Assembly: GCA_964396655.1 (NCBI GenBank)
Contig: CAYNFP010000001.1
Location: forward strand, 135,448-199,447
Direction of reading: 5' to 3'
Length of the DNA stretch: 64,000 nt
DNA from: an uncultured Muribaculaceae bacterium
GTDB lineage: Bacteria; Bacillota_I; Bacilli_A; RF39; UBA660
This document shows, piece after piece, positions 48,840-59,476 of this stretch. The position numbers and the translations under genes were made by a program. The first letter of the stretch is position 1. Each line of letters starts with the position of its first letter. The notes under the pieces were generated by a model. The model was given only the letters and a program-made list of their open reading frames with translations. It was not told the origin of the DNA and ran no database searches.

Positions 48840-49469
48840 TTATAATTCTCTATATAATGCGATAGCTTTACCTAATATAGTTACTTCTTTTAATATTATT
48901 GGTGGCATAAAATCATTTTCTGGTTGTAATCTAAAATATCCATCTTCTTTATAAAAAGTTTTTAAAGTTGCTTCATTATTTTCATTTAACGCCACAATTA
49001 AATCTCCATTTTTTGCTGTGTTAGTTCTTTCAACTATAACTGTATCCCCACTGTAAATTCCAATATTAATCATACTTTCACCTTGTACTAGTAAAGAAAA
49101 TACTTCTTTGTTTCTTGGTATCATATGAGCTGGAATAGTTAGATATTCATCAGGATGTTCAATTGCTTCGATAGGGTTACCAGCAGCAACTTTACCTAAT
49201 AAAGGAATAGTTGCAATTTCATCATTCTTTTCCACAAATTCATTAGGAACTTTTATTTCTAATGTTCTAAATTTAGAATTTGTTTGTGATATATAACCTT
49301 TATTAATTAAATGTTTTAAATGAACAAATACAGTGGCTGGACTATGTAAATCTAATTCTTCACATAATTCTCTTACAGTAGGAGCATAACCTTTTTTTGC
49401 AAAATATTTTTTTATTGATGTTAATACTTCTTCTTGTTTATTAGTTAATTTTTCCACTAAATTCACCAA
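48840..49469 (-). CDS. lexA: LexA repressor
   Basis: LTNKQEEVL..GYAPTVRELCEEL wHTH, AAG cleavage site (GKVAAGNPIEA), and S24 peptidase Ser/Lys (GESM...KTF). Confidence 0.9.
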   Translation of the reverse strand: MVNLVEKLTNKQEEVLTSIKKYFAKKGYAPTVRELCEELDLHSPATVFVHLKHLINKGYISQTNSKFRTLEIKVPNEFVEKNDEIATIPLLGKVAAGNPIEAIEHPDEYLTIPAHMIPRNKEVFSLLVQGESMINIGIYSGDTVIVERTNTAKNGDLIVALNENNEATLKTFYKEDGYFRLQPENDFMPPIILKEVTILGKAIALYREL

Positions 49470-49586
49470 CTTTCATTTTAATATTAACACAATAGTGTAA
49501 AATTGTCAAACAAATGTTTTATTATATATTGACACGAACAATTATTTGTATTAATATTAAATTGTAAAAGAAAGGAGAGTTATGCA

Positions 49587-49739
49587 ATGGAAAAATTATT
49601 TGAAGACTATAAAGGAATTATATTATTTTATATAATTATCGCTTTATTAGCATTTGTTTGTACTTTAAGACTTAACTCATTAAATTCTGTAGGATCTAAT
49701 AATAATGATAATCAAGTAGAAGTTACACATTTTGCTTAA
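49587..49739 (+). CDS. small membrane peptide (50 aa) divergent from lexA, candidate SOS-induced cell-division inhibitor
   Basis: MEKLFEDYKGIILFYIIIALLAFVCTLRLNSLNSVGSNNNDNQVEVTHFA. An AGGAGAG Shine-Dalgarno lies 7 nt upstream; not in the ORF track because it is under 60 aa. Confidence 0.4.
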   Translation: MEKLFEDYKGIILFYIIIALLAFVCTLRLNSLNSVGSNNNDNQVEVTHFA

Positions 49740-49790
49740 TACTTGATACTAATATTATAAAAGTGTATAATTGTTTGAGTGGAGGATATT

Positions 49791-50279
49791 ATGAAAATAG
49801 ATTTAACATCACTTATAAATAACGTTGAAGATATAATAAATATAAATGAAAAAATAGTTGTACCCGAAGAAATATATAAAGGAACTGATATTAGAAAATT
49901 AAACGAATTAACAGTAGTTGGAAATATATCAGATCTTGGAGATAAAATTTATAATATTAGTGTTTTGGTTAGTGGTGTTATGATATTGCCATGTGCTTTA
50001 TCATTAGAAGATGTAGAATATCCTTTTGAAGTTATGATAAATCAAAATGTAGGCGAAACCGAAGATTTTGAACAAAATTACAAAATAATTTCAAATACAC
50101 TTGATATTTTACCAATTTTGTGGGAAAATATTGTACTGGAAATCCCAAACAAAGTTGTAAAGGAAAATGCCAATATAAAAACTAAAGGGGATGGCTGGAG
50201 TTTGGTTAATAATGGTGAAATAAAAAATAACCAGTTAAGCGAATTAAAAGAACTATTAGATATGGAGGAAGAAAAATGA
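49791..50279 (+). CDS. yceD: YceD/DUF177 protein (precedes rpmF)
   Basis: Conserved position upstream of rpmF; CxxC-like ...LPCALS... pattern. Start moved to ATG 49791. Confidence 0.55.
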   Translation: MKIDLTSLINNVEDIININEKIVVPEEIYKGTDIRKLNELTVVGNISDLGDKIYNISVLVSGVMILPCALSLEDVEYPFEVMINQNVGETEDFEQNYKIISNTLDILPILWENIVLEIPNKVVKENANIKTKGDGWSLVNNGEIKNNQLSELKELLDMEEEK

Positions 50280-50563
50280 AATTAGATATTCAATTATTTG
50301 GTGCACTACCTGCTAGAAGGATTAGTAAAACAAGAAAAAGATTAAGAAGAACTCATTTAAAGAAAGAGGCTCCAACAGTTGTATCTTGTCCTAATTGCAA
50401 AAGCCCAATAGCACCTCATAGAGCTTGTACAAAATGTGGCTATTATAAAGGTAAAGATGTTCTAGGAAAAGAAACTAAAGAAGCAGCACTAGAAAAAGTT
50501 GTTAAGACTAAAAAGGAAGCTAAAAAGAAAATTGCACCTAAAAAGAAAATTGATTTAAATTAA
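50276..50563 (+). CDS. rpmF: 50S ribosomal protein L32 with a Lys-rich C-terminal extension
   Basis: ALPARRISKTRKRLRRTH...CPNCKSP...HRACTKCGYYKGK. The true start may be internal to the annotated ORF. Confidence 0.75.
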   Translation: MKLDIQLFGALPARRISKTRKRLRRTHLKKEAPTVVSCPNCKSPIAPHRACTKCGYYKGKDVLGKETKEAALEKVVKTKKEAKKKIAPKKKIDLN

Positions 50564-50626
50564 TGTAAAATTTTCAAGAAAAAATGTAAAAATATATTTA
50601 CATTTTTTTTTATGTGTAGTAATATA

Positions 50627-50660
50627 GTGGTAGACAGTGGAATAATGTGGAAGAAAGTGG
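50627..50660 (+). promoter_or_regulatory. MraZ-binding repeats: four GTGG boxes at exact 10-nt periodicity between the putative -10 and the mraZ start
   Basis: aGTGGtagacaGTGGaataatGTGGaagaaaGTGGggg. The putative promoter is TTTACA (50598-50603), N17, TAATAT (50621-50626). Confidence 0.55.
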
Positions 50661-50668
50661 GGGATTTT

Positions 50669-51109
50669 ATGCTTATTGGAGAATTTCACCACAATATTGA
50701 TGATAAAGGTCGTTTGATAGTTCCTTCTAAGTTTAGAAGTGAGTTAGGAGAAAGATTTATCATAACAAGAGGGTTAGATAAATGTATATTTGTTTATTCT
50801 CTTGGTGAATGGAATACAATAGTCAAAAAATTAACTTCATTATCTTTTACTAAAAAAGACGCCAGAAATTTCATGAGATTTTTCTTAAGTGGAGCCACTG
50901 AATGTGAATTCGATAAACAAGGTCGAATCAATATTACCTCACCGTTAGTTCATTACGCCGATTTAAATCGTGAATGCGTGATAATTGGCGTAAATGAACG
51001 AATAGAAATATGGAGTAAAGAAAATTTTGATAGTTTCTTCGAAGAAAACGAATCAAAGTTCTCAGAGATTTCAGAACACTTATTTGATATGGAAGATGTA
51101 AATGCATAA
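50669..51109 (+). CDS. mraZ: transcriptional regulator MraZ
   Basis: [19 protein letters not shown]... with duplicated MraZ domains. Start corrected to ATG 50669. Confidence 0.85.
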   Translation: MLIGEFHHNIDDKGRLIVPSKFRSELGERFIITRGLDKCIFVYSLGEWNTIVKKLTSLSFTKKDARNFMRFFLSGATECEFDKQGRINITSPLVHYADLNRECVIIGVNERIEIWSKENFDSFFEENESKFSEISEHLFDMEDVNA

Positions 51110-52004
51110 AAGTGTGTTATATGATGAGGTATTAGAAGGATTAAATATAAAGCCTTCTGGAAAATATATTGATGCAACTCTTGGTTATGGAGGTCATTCT
51201 AGCGGGGTATTGGGTTTATTGAATGAGAAGGGGTTCTTATTCGCCTTAGATCAAGATGAGGAAGCTATTAAATATAGTAGTGAACGTCTTGGTAAAATTT
51301 CTAAAAATTTTAAAATCATTAAATCAAACTTTAAAGATATGAAAAATGTTATATCAGAAAAAGTAGATGGAATAATGTTTGATTTAGGAGTTAGTAGTCC
51401 ACAACTGGATAATCCGCAAAGAGGATTCAGTTATCATTATGATGCTCTTTTAGACATGAGAATGGATAGAGATAATGAGTTAACAGCTTATGAAGTTGTA
51501 AATAGTTATCCTATAGAGAAATTAATAGAAATATTTTTTATTTATGGAGAAGAAAAATATGCTAAAAGTATTGCAAAAGCTATAATTGACAAACGCCCTA
51601 TAAAAACAACATTAGAATTAGCTGAAGTAATTAAAAATAGTGTGCCACAAAGTTATAGAAATGAATCTCATCCAGCAAGAAAAGTATTTCAAGCAATTAG
51701 GATAGAAGTTAATAATGAATTAAAAATTTTAGAAAATTCAATACTTAGTGCATTTGATTTACTTAATAGTAAAGGAAGAATGTGTATAATTACATTTCAT
51801 TCTTTAGAAGATAGAATAGTAAAAAGAGTATTTAATAATTTATGTAAAGATGATGTTCTAGCTAAAGATTTGCCTTTTGTTCCAGAAGATATGAAACCTA
51901 AAGCAAATTTAATAAATAGAAAGCCAATAATACCAAATGAAAAAGAATTAAAAGAAAATAATAGGAGTAGAAGTGCTAAACTTCGAATTATAGAAAAAAT
52001 ATAA
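51102..52004 (+). CDS. rsmH: 16S rRNA (cytosine1402-N4)-methyltransferase RsmH
   Basis: [21 protein letters not shown] and ITFHSLEDR. Confidence 0.9.
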   Translation: MHKSVLYDEVLEGLNIKPSGKYIDATLGYGGHSSGVLGLLNEKGFLFALDQDEEAIKYSSERLGKISKNFKIIKSNFKDMKNVISEKVDGIMFDLGVSSPQLDNPQRGFSYHYDALLDMRMDRDNELTAYEVVNSYPIEKLIEIFFIYGEEKYAKSIAKAIIDKRPIKTTLELAEVIKNSVPQSYRNESHPARKVFQAIRIEVNNELKILENSILSAFDLLNSKGRMCIITFHSLEDRIVKRVFNNLCKDDVLAKDLPFVPEDMKPKANLINRKPIIPNEKELKENNRSRSAKLRIIEKI

Positions 52005-52016
52005 TAGGTGATATTT

Positions 52017-52301
52017 ATGAAGAAAAAAATTAGTTTGTTAAAGGGAGAAAAATTTCTATATTTCATGATAGGTTTACTTATTGTTGGAAATTTATTAGGA
52101 CAAGCTTTTTCTTCAGCAATGTTATCTAAAACTAATATAGAGGTAGAAAGTATAAAAAATAAAATATCTACACAAGAAAACATGAATGAAAGTTTAACAA
52201 TGAAAATTAATGAATTATCTTCATTTGAAAAAGTTGAGAGTGTTGCAACTCTATATGGTTTGGGGTATAATAATAGTAATATTAAAATCATATCAGAGTA
52301 G
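52017..52301 (+). CDS. ftsL: cell division protein FtsL-like (single TM plus coiled coil)
   Basis: Sits between rsmH and the PBP gene; one TM helix and a short coiled-coil segment. Confidence 0.55.
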   Translation: MKKKISLLKGEKFLYFMIGLLIVGNLLGQAFSSAMLSKTNIEVESIKNKISTQENMNESLTMKINELSSFEKVESVATLYGLGYNNSNIKIISE

Positions 52302-52313
52302 GAGTAATATATT

Positions 52314-54461
52314 ATGAATAAATATAGAACAGTTAGAATAAATTTAGCGTTTGTTATAATTGTTTTTCTTTTATTTGCTTTAATATTATTCAAATTATTT
52401 TATGTATGTTTAAGTAAAAATGTAGATGGTATAAACTTAACTGAATTTGCTAATGGAAGGAATACTAAAAAAGAAACAATTGTAGCTCAAAGAGGAACTA
52501 TATATGATTCAACTGGAGAGATTTTAGCTCAAGATGTTAATAGTTATACTGTAATAGCATACTTAAGTGAATCAAGAACAACAGACCCATCAAAACCTTA
52601 TCATGTTGTTGATAAAGAATATACTGCTGAAACATTAGCGCCTTTAATAAATATGACTAAAGAAAGAATATTAACTCTTTTGAATTATGATGCTTATCAA
52701 GTGGAATTGGGCCCTGGTGGAAGAGGAATTAGTGAATTATTAAAAGAACAAATAGAAGATTTAGGATTACCTGGAATAGATTTTATAAAAAGTGTAAAAA
52801 GATATTATCCTAATACCGATTTCTTATCTTATACAATTGGATATGCTAAGACTAATGAAGAAACCAATAATATTGCTGGTGAAATGGGCATAGAACTTGA
52901 GTACAATGATATTTTGACTGGTAAAAATGGTTATAAAGAATATCAACAGGATATGTATGGATATAAAATAGCAAATACACCAGAAAATGTTGAGAAGTCT
53001 GAAAATGGAAGTGATATTTATTTAACTGTTGATACCAATATTCAGATGTTTGCAGAACAAGCTGTAACAACCATTGAAAGTGTTGGAGTTGAATGGGCAA
53101 CAGTAAGTGTTGTTAATGCTAAAACAGGTGCAATATTAGCAGTAGCGTCATCTCCTGGTTTTGATCCAAATACAAAAGAAATAACTTCATACTATGATCC
53201 ATTTGTGTCATATGTATATGAACCCGGATCAGTTATGAAAATATTTAGTTTTTTAGCTACTATGGAAAATGGATTATATGATGGGAATGCAACTTATCCA
53301 TCAGGAACAATAAAAGTAGATGATGCAACTATAAAAGATTGGAATGATCATGGATGGGGAACAATAACTTTTAACCAAGGATTTATGGCTTCTTCAAATA
53401 CAGCAGCAACAAGACTAGCACAAAAATTAGGAAGACAAAAATTATATGAATTTTATAATAAATTGGGTTTTGGAACTCCTACTGGAATAACCCTACCTAA
53501 TGAACAAAATGGTGTAATTAATTTCAAGTATAATACTGAAATAGCATCAGCAGCCTTCGGACAAGGAATAAGTGTTACTGCTATTCAAATGATTAGAGCT
53601 TTAACTGCAATAGCAAATGATGGAACTACTTTAGAGCCCTATATTGTTTCCAAAATAGTTGATAAAAATACAGAAAAAATAACATATGAAGGTAAGAGAA
53701 CAGTAGTAACCAAGGTTGCTTCAAAGAAAAATGTAGATGCTATAAAAGATTTAATGCGTGGAGTAATAGATGGAAGAGTAACAATGTCTACAGGTAAATC
53801 TTATTATGTTGAAGGGTTAGATGTAATAGGCAAAACCGGTACTGCTCAGATAGCATCTCCAACTGGAGGTTATTTAAAGGGAAGCACTAATTATATAAGA
53901 AGTTTTGCGGGGTTATTTCCTGGAGATGATCCAGAAGTTATTATATATGCTGCAGTAAGTAAAATTAAGAATTCCACAACTTTACCAAAAGCAATTAAAA
54001 CATTAATGGAAGACACTAGTTCATATTTAGGTATTCATGATAAATCAGAAGAAAGTGAAATAAACCAAGTAACTTTGGATAGTTATAAAAATAAACTAGC
54101 GGTTGATGCTAAAAAGACACTAGAAGATAATAAAATTGATGCTGTTGTAATAGGAGATGGAACTAAAGTAATTGATCAATATCCAAAAAGTGGAAGTATA
54201 GTTAGTCAAAATGATAAAGTATTTTTATTAACTAATGGAACAAACTTTGTTATGCCTAATATGATAGGTTGGTCAAGAAGTGATGTTAATATATTTGGAG
54301 GTTTTACTAATATAAGATTTAATTATACTAATTATGGATATGTTATTTCTACAAGTAAAAATAAAAATGAAAGAATATCTTCTTCGGACTCTATTGATGT
54401 TGTTTTAAAGCCAAAATATGAGACTTTGGAAGAAGCAATTAAAGAAGAAGGAAGTGTATAA
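52314..54461 (+). CDS. class B penicillin-binding protein (FtsI/SpoVD/PBP2B-type) with C-terminal PASTA domain
   Basis: Transpeptidase motifs SVMK (SxxK), SSN and KTGTA, plus a C-terminal PASTA-like domain. Confidence 0.85.
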   Translation: MNKYRTVRINLAFVIIVFLLFALILFKLFYVCLSKNVDGINLTEFANGRNTKKETIVAQRGTIYDSTGEILAQDVNSYTVIAYLSESRTTDPSKPYHVVDKEYTAETLAPLINMTKERILTLLNYDAYQVELGPGGRGISELLKEQIEDLGLPGIDFIKSVKRYYPNTDFLSYTIGYAKTNEETNNIAGEMGIELEYNDILTGKNGYKEYQQDMYGYKIANTPENVEKSENGSDIYLTVDTNIQMFAEQAVTTIESVGVEWATVSVVNAKTGAILAVASSPGFDPNTKEITSYYDPFVSYVYEPGSVMKIFSFLATMENGLYDGNATYPSGTIKVDDATIKDWNDHGWGTITFNQGFMASSNTAATRLAQKLGRQKLYEFYNKLGFGTPTGITLPNEQNGVINFKYNTEIASAAFGQGISVTAIQMIRALTAIANDGTTLEPYIVSKIVDKNTEKITYEGKRTVVTKVASKKNVDAIKDLMRGVIDGRVTMSTGKSYYVEGLDVIGKTGTAQIASPTGGYLKGSTNYIRSFAGLFPGDDPEVIIYAAVSKIKNSTTLPKAIKTLMEDTSSYLGIHDKSEESEINQVTLDSYKNKLAVDAKKTLEDNKIDAVVIGDGTKVIDQYPKSGSIVSQNDKVFLLTNGTNFVMPNMIGWSRSDVNIFGGFTNIRFNYTNYGYVISTSKNKNERISSSDSIDVVLKPKYETLEEAIKEEGSV

Positions 54462-54520
54462 TTTTATTCGACAAAATATATAAGATAATTAATATAAAAT
54501 ATAATAAAGGAGATTTATAT

Positions 54521-54955
54521 ATGAGACTTTATTATATTTTTTCTATTAAGGAAGATATATATCGAATAACAGAAAGTAATCCTGGGAAGCTTTATAATAT
54601 ATTAGAAAATATTTATAAGTTAAAGAAAGAAGATGCTAATATTGGTTTTAAGCTATTTGAAAAAACCTGTAACTTTTTAGATAAAAAAAATATAAATCTC
54701 CTAATAAAAAATTTAAATTATGATAATTATAGTTATACTTGTTTTAGAAATTCTCATTTAATAAATGATTTTTATAAAAACGAAACAACAAAACTAACTA
54801 TAAATTATTCTCATATGTTTATGAAAACTAATGTTATGTATCCTAAATTTTTCAATGAAATAAAGAATTTAAAAAACATATTTGTATGTGATTTTGTTAA
54901 CGAAGATTATTTCTTTTTAAAGAAAATAAATTTAAAAGAATACAGTTATTTATAA
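54521..54955 (+). CDS. hypothetical protein
   Basis: 144-aa ORF. Confidence 0.35.
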   Translation: MRLYYIFSIKEDIYRITESNPGKLYNILENIYKLKKEDANIGFKLFEKTCNFLDKKNINLLIKNLNYDNYSYTCFRNSHLINDFYKNETTKLTINYSHMFMKTNVMYPKFFNEIKNLKNIFVCDFVNEDYFFLKKINLKEYSYL

Positions 54956-55053
54956 ACAAGTTTAATTGAAATAAAAAATTTTAAAATTTTAATAGAAAAT
55001 AGATTTAAAATTAAAATATTATAATGTATAATTAATATGGAGGTAAGATATTT

Positions 55054-55263
55054 ATGATATGGGACATTTTATATGTAGTATTTGGACTTATTGGGGGAAT
55101 TGTTATTGGATTTTTAATTGCTAAAGCAGTTTTTAAAAAACAATTAAAAGATAACCCTCCAATTAATGAAGAAATGATAAAAACTTTAATGAGAGGAATG
55201 GGAAGAAATCCTAGTCAAAAACAAGTAAATCAATTGATGAAACAAATGGGGAAATATAACTAA
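55054..55263 (+). CDS. yneF: UPF0154/YneF-family small membrane protein
   Basis: [24 protein letters not shown]...[29 protein letters not shown] matches the YneF family. Confidence 0.7.
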   Translation: MIWDILYVVFGLIGGIVIGFLIAKAVFKKQLKDNPPINEEMIKTLMRGMGRNPSQKQVNQLMKQMGKYN

Positions 55264-55264
55264 A

Positions 55265-55729
55265 ATGGCAAGAAGAATTTCAAGAAATAAAAATTATTCT
55301 AAAAGTAAACCAAAAAGTCATGATAAAAAGCCTATGCCTAAAAAAGTTCCGGAACCTGTAACTGAGAAAACTCGTGAAGAAGATAATATTTTATATAAAG
55401 TAAAAGATTTGTATCTTGGATATGTGGGTTATTACGATAATAATGGAGTTGATATTGAAGATATTCATGTATTTACAAATGTTAGTGAAGAACAGGCATT
55501 TGATTTAAATTCAAATAGTATTATTTTTTCTAAAGGCACCGGAAGAGTATTTTTCTATAAATCATTAATTTCATTTGAATTTTTAACTATGAAATCAAGA
55601 ATTAACTATGTGGCTTTTCATAGGAAAAATGCTTTAACATCATCATATTATTATAAAGATTTATATAAAAAATTTTTAAGTATTAAAAACATAACTCCAT
55701 ACACTTTAGAATTAGGATTAAAAAGGTAG
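55265..55729 (+). CDS. hypothetical protein with a basic N-terminus
   Basis: 154-aa ORF 1 nt after yneF. Confidence 0.35.
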   Translation: MARRISRNKNYSKSKPKSHDKKPMPKKVPEPVTEKTREEDNILYKVKDLYLGYVGYYDNNGVDIEDIHVFTNVSEEQAFDLNSNSIIFSKGTGRVFFYKSLISFEFLTMKSRINYVAFHRKNALTSSYYYKDLYKKFLSIKNITPYTLELGLKR

Positions 55730-56627
55730 TACTAATAACCGTGGCTATTAATCTATATTTAAATATAAGCTTAAAATTTATATTGTAATCACTTAATATT
55801 GACATAATTTGTGAGTGAATAGATAAACCACAAAATGTTAGGGCAGATACACATAAGGTAAACTTTATACTAAAATCAGTAGATAAACTACTGATTTTAT
55901 TTATTCCAGTAGTTAACTCAAATATAGATGATAATATACTATCTATAATTGGATTTATATGAATATAATTATTAAATAAATTTATAATTATAGTAAAAAT
56001 AATTATATTTCCTAATATAATCATTAAAGTTTTGAAAGAATTAATAAATGAATCTTTTAATATAATAGTTAAATTTTGATTGTTTTTTATTTCTATTTTT
56101 TTATTTAATTCATTAACTATAATTTTATTTCTAATAAATAATCCTAAAATAAAGTTAATTAAATAAATAGTAAGAAGCATTATAATTCCTATAAAAATAT
56201 CATTAAATAAAATATATCCTATTATAGTTATAACAAAAAATGGGTTAGGTAAATATGTAATTATAAGTAATTTAGTTGCTTCTTCTACAGAAATAATTTT
56301 CTTATCTAGAAAATCCTTTATGTATTTAGCATTAGATGGATGGCCCGTTAATAATGATAAAATTATTATTGATAAAGATATATTACTTATCTTTAATATT
56401 TTAGCTAATATATTTTTACCAATAATTGAAATATAATACTGAAAATTATATTCAAGTAAAATACTATTTAAAACAAAAAACGGAAATAATGTTACAAATA
56501 GTTTATTCATAAATAGTTCTATAGATTCTTTAACACTTGTTATTAATATACTAGGATTTATTAATAGTAAAATTTCTAATATAACTATAGTTAATATAAA
56601 AAATATATTGTTTTTTTCTTTTGTCAT
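55683..56627 (-). CDS. polytopic membrane protein (YlbJ/nucleoside-recognition-like; tentative)
   Basis: 314 aa with 8 or more TM helices; divergent from the ylbL-like gene. Confidence 0.35.
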   Translation of the reverse strand: MTKEKNNIFFILTIVILEILLLINPSILITSVKESIELFMNKLFVTLFPFFVLNSILLEYNFQYYISIIGKNILAKILKISNISLSIIILSLLTGHPSNAKYIKDFLDKKIISVEEATKLLIITYLPNPFFVITIIGYILFNDIFIGIIMLLTIYLINFILGLFIRNKIIVNELNKKIEIKNNQNLTIILKDSFINSFKTLMIILGNIIIFTIIINLFNNYIHINPIIDSILSSIFELTTGINKISSLSTDFSIKFTLCVSALTFCGLSIHSQIMSILSDYNINFKLIFKYRLIATVISTTFLILILKCMELCF

Positions 56628-56668
56628 ATATTCCTCTATTTATGTTATAATATTTGATAGAGGATTTT

Positions 56669-57676
56669 ATGATAGAAAAGATAAAAAAATTCTTTAAGAA
56701 TTTTATAAAAAACAATTATAAGTTATTAATATTTTATATAATATTAATACTTTTATTTACAGTTAAATTAGATTATCAAATATATTCTCCAGGAGGTTTA
56801 GTTAATTTAAATAATAGAATAGAAATAGATGGATCGTACAAAAGTAAGGGAAGTTTTAATTTAACGTATGTAAGTGGAAAGAATGGTATTATTCCCCTTA
56901 TATTAGCTTCTTATATAATTCCTTCATGGGATTTAGTATCTTTGAATGATAATAGAATAGATAATGAACCTACAGAGGAAATTGATATTAGAAATAAAAT
57001 CTATTTAGAAGAAGTAAATCAAAATGCCATTATTGTTGCTTTTGATGCTTTAAAAAAGAATTACATAGTAAAAGAAAAAGGAGTAGTCGTATTACATCTT
57101 ACTGATTATGCTAAAACCAATTTAAAAGTAAAAGATACAATATTAAGCATAGAAAATATTAAAATAAAAAATATAGAAGCCTTAATAAATATTATTGATA
57201 ATTTAAATATTGAAGATAAAGTAAATATCAAAGTAAAAAGAAATGATAAAGAAATAGACTGTTATGCATATGTTAAAGAAGAAGATAATAAAAAAGTTTT
57301 AGGATTATATTTAATAAACAATAAAGAAATTATTACTGATCCAGAAGTAAAATTTAAATTTAAAAGTAATGAATTAGGTCCTTCTGGAGGATTAATGACA
57401 ACTCTTAAAATATATGATATGTTAACAAAAGAAGATATAACTAATGGTAAAGTAATATCGGGTACTGGAACGATTGCATCTGATGGCACAGTGGGTGAAA
57501 TAGATGGAGTGAAATACAAGTTAGCGGGTGCTGTTAAAAATAAAGCTGATATATTTTTATGCCCTACAGGAAACTATAAAGAAGCTTTAAATTTGAAAAC
57601 TAAAAATAAATACGATATTAAAATAATTGAAGCAGATAATTTTAAAAGCATATTAAAAAAATTATCTGAAATTTAA
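56669..57676 (+). CDS. YlbL-like membrane-anchored PDZ plus Lon-like (S16) peptidase
   Basis: N-terminal TM, PDZ segment, and GPSGGLMTTL resembling the Lon catalytic-Ser motif GPSAG. Confidence 0.55.
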   Translation: MIEKIKKFFKNFIKNNYKLLIFYIILILLFTVKLDYQIYSPGGLVNLNNRIEIDGSYKSKGSFNLTYVSGKNGIIPLILASYIIPSWDLVSLNDNRIDNEPTEEIDIRNKIYLEEVNQNAIIVAFDALKKNYIVKEKGVVVLHLTDYAKTNLKVKDTILSIENIKIKNIEALINIIDNLNIEDKVNIKVKRNDKEIDCYAYVKEEDNKKVLGLYLINNKEIITDPEVKFKFKSNELGPSGGLMTTLKIYDMLTKEDITNGKVISGTGTIASDGTVGEIDGVKYKLAGAVKNKADIFLCPTGNYKEALNLKTKNKYDIKIIEADNFKSILKKLSEI

Positions 57677-57739
57677 ACCATATTCTGACAAATAATATGG
57701 TTTTTATTTTGTATACTTTTTTAAATGAAATGAGGGAAT

Positions 57740-58201
57740 ATGAAAAAGATAATTATAATTTCAGTTATATTTGGAATATTATTTTCAATTATTTTATATA
57801 TAAATTATAAAAGTAATTCAAATAAAGAAGATACTTTAACAAATGTATATTTTTTACAAATAGGTGCTTATAAAAATTATGAAAATGTTAGTATAGCAAC
57901 TAAATTAATTCCATCATATTTAGTAATTAAAGAAAATGATTTATATCATATTTATATAGGAATTACTAAAAATAGTAAAAATGTTGAAAAAATAAAAGAG
58001 TTTTATACTAAAAATGGCAACAATATATATGTAAGTAATAAAAATATAATTGGAAATGACTTTGTTAAAAAATTGGAAACATATGATTATCTACTTAGTG
58101 AAGCAAAAGATGAAGAAGTTATTTATACAATAAATAAAGAAATATTAAATAGTTATGAGGAGTATTACAAAAATGAAAATAAATCAAATGCAGGTATATG
58201 A
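57740..58201 (+). CDS. SPOR-domain membrane protein
   Basis: N-terminal TM helix; C-terminal VYFLQIGAYKNYENVSIATKL...LYHIYIGITKN resembles a SPOR domain. Confidence 0.45.
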   Translation: MKKIIIISVIFGILFSIILYINYKSNSNKEDTLTNVYFLQIGAYKNYENVSIATKLIPSYLVIKENDLYHIYIGITKNSKNVEKIKEFYTKNGNNIYVSNKNIIGNDFVKKLETYDYLLSEAKDEEVIYTINKEILNSYEEYYKNENKSNAGI

Positions 58202-58853
58202 AAGACCTAGAGAAAGATTAATAAGTTATGGGGTAGAGTATTTATCTAATGAAGAATTAATTGCTATTATATTGAAGTGTGGCACAAAAAATATTTCATC
58301 TAAAGAGTTAGGAAATATTATAATAAAAGAAATGAATGGATTAGAAAATTTAAAATATGCTAGCATAAATAAACTAAGTGAAATAAAAGGAATTGGCAAA
58401 GCAAAAGCTTCCCAAATACTCGCATCTATTGAGCTTGGAAAAAGAGTTTATTATATAAAAAATAAAAATAATTTGAAGGTGAATTCTACAACTGAAATTT
58501 ATGAAAAATATAAATGTGAATTTGATGAATTAAAACAAGAAAAATTTTGTGCTTTATATTTGGATACTAAAAAAAATATTATTGAATTTAAAACATTATT
58601 TAAAGGTACTTTAGATAAAACAACTGTCCATCCAAGAGAAGTATTTAAAGAGGCATTACTAGTAAGTGCTAGTGCTATTATATGTATGCATAATCATCCT
58701 TCAGGAGACATTACTCCCAGTATTGAAGATATTGAAATAACAAATTCTTTAATAAATTCTGGTAATATGATGGGTATAAAATTATTAGATCATATGATAT
58801 TTGGAAATAATAAATATTATAGTTTCTATGAAAATATGAATAAAATAAAATAA
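58155..58853 (+). CDS. radC: RadC-family JAB/MPN-domain protein
   Basis: HhH segment and the JAMM motif HNHPSGDITPS. Confidence 0.85.
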   Translation: MRSITKMKINQMQVYERPRERLISYGVEYLSNEELIAIILKCGTKNISSKELGNIIIKEMNGLENLKYASINKLSEIKGIGKAKASQILASIELGKRVYYIKNKNNLKVNSTTEIYEKYKCEFDELKQEKFCALYLDTKKNIIEFKTLFKGTLDKTTVHPREVFKEALLVSASAIICMHNHPSGDITPSIEDIEITNSLINSGNMMGIKLLDHMIFGNNKYYSFYENMNKIK

Positions 58854-58881
58854 ATCTCATATGTTGTTTTAGGGTGATTGA

Positions 58882-59445
58882 ATGACTTTAGAAGATTATA
58901 AAAAAAATAAGAATGGACATACTGGTTTAAAGTTTCTAAAAAAATTATTTACCAGAGTATTTATATGTGGAATATTAGTATTAACAGTACTTATTATTTG
59001 TAATTTAAGTGATACTACTAAAGCTTTAATAAAAAAAGAATTATTTCAAACTGATTTTAATTTCTCTAAAATAACAAAACTTTATAATAATCTTTTCAAT
59101 AAAAAAGATGATAGTGAAAAAGTCAGTTTAAATAATGGAATAACTTATGAAGGCTATGAAGACTATTTAGATGGAGTTTCTCTAAATACTACAGAAGGAG
59201 ATTCAATATCATTATTAGAAAGTGGTATAGTGGTTTATATTGGTCAAAAAGATGGTTATGGTAATACTATTATAGTACAACAAAGTAATGGAGTAGATGT
59301 TTGGTATGGAAATGTAGATAATGTAAGTATTAATTTATATGATTATGTTAATAAAGGAACAGCAGTGGCGACTTCCAAAGATAACTTATATTTATTATTT
59401 CAAAAAGATGGAGAATATTTAGATTATAAAGAATTTATTAAATAA
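58882..59445 (+). CDS. SpoIVFA-like protein (degenerate LytM/M23 domain)
   Basis: N-terminal TM; degenerate C-terminal M23 fold (GIVVYIGQKDGYGNTIIVQ...VWYGNVDNVS); immediately upstream of an S2P-family protease, as in spoIVFA-spoIVFB. Confidence 0.45.
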   Translation: MTLEDYKKNKNGHTGLKFLKKLFTRVFICGILVLTVLIICNLSDTTKALIKKELFQTDFNFSKITKLYNNLFNKKDDSEKVSLNNGITYEGYEDYLDGVSLNTTEGDSISLLESGIVVYIGQKDGYGNTIIVQQSNGVDVWYGNVDNVSINLYDYVNKGTAVATSKDNLYLLFQKDGEYLDYKEFIK

Positions 59446-59476
59446 TATACATATAAGTGATACTACTTATATAGTA

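Noticed and set aside
49480-49545. Canonical LexA (Cheo) box CGAACnnnnGTTCG upstream of lexA
   Set aside because: Only a half-site (CGAAC) and an unrelated palindrome ACACAATAGTGT are present. A full consensus operator cannot be supported from sequence alone.
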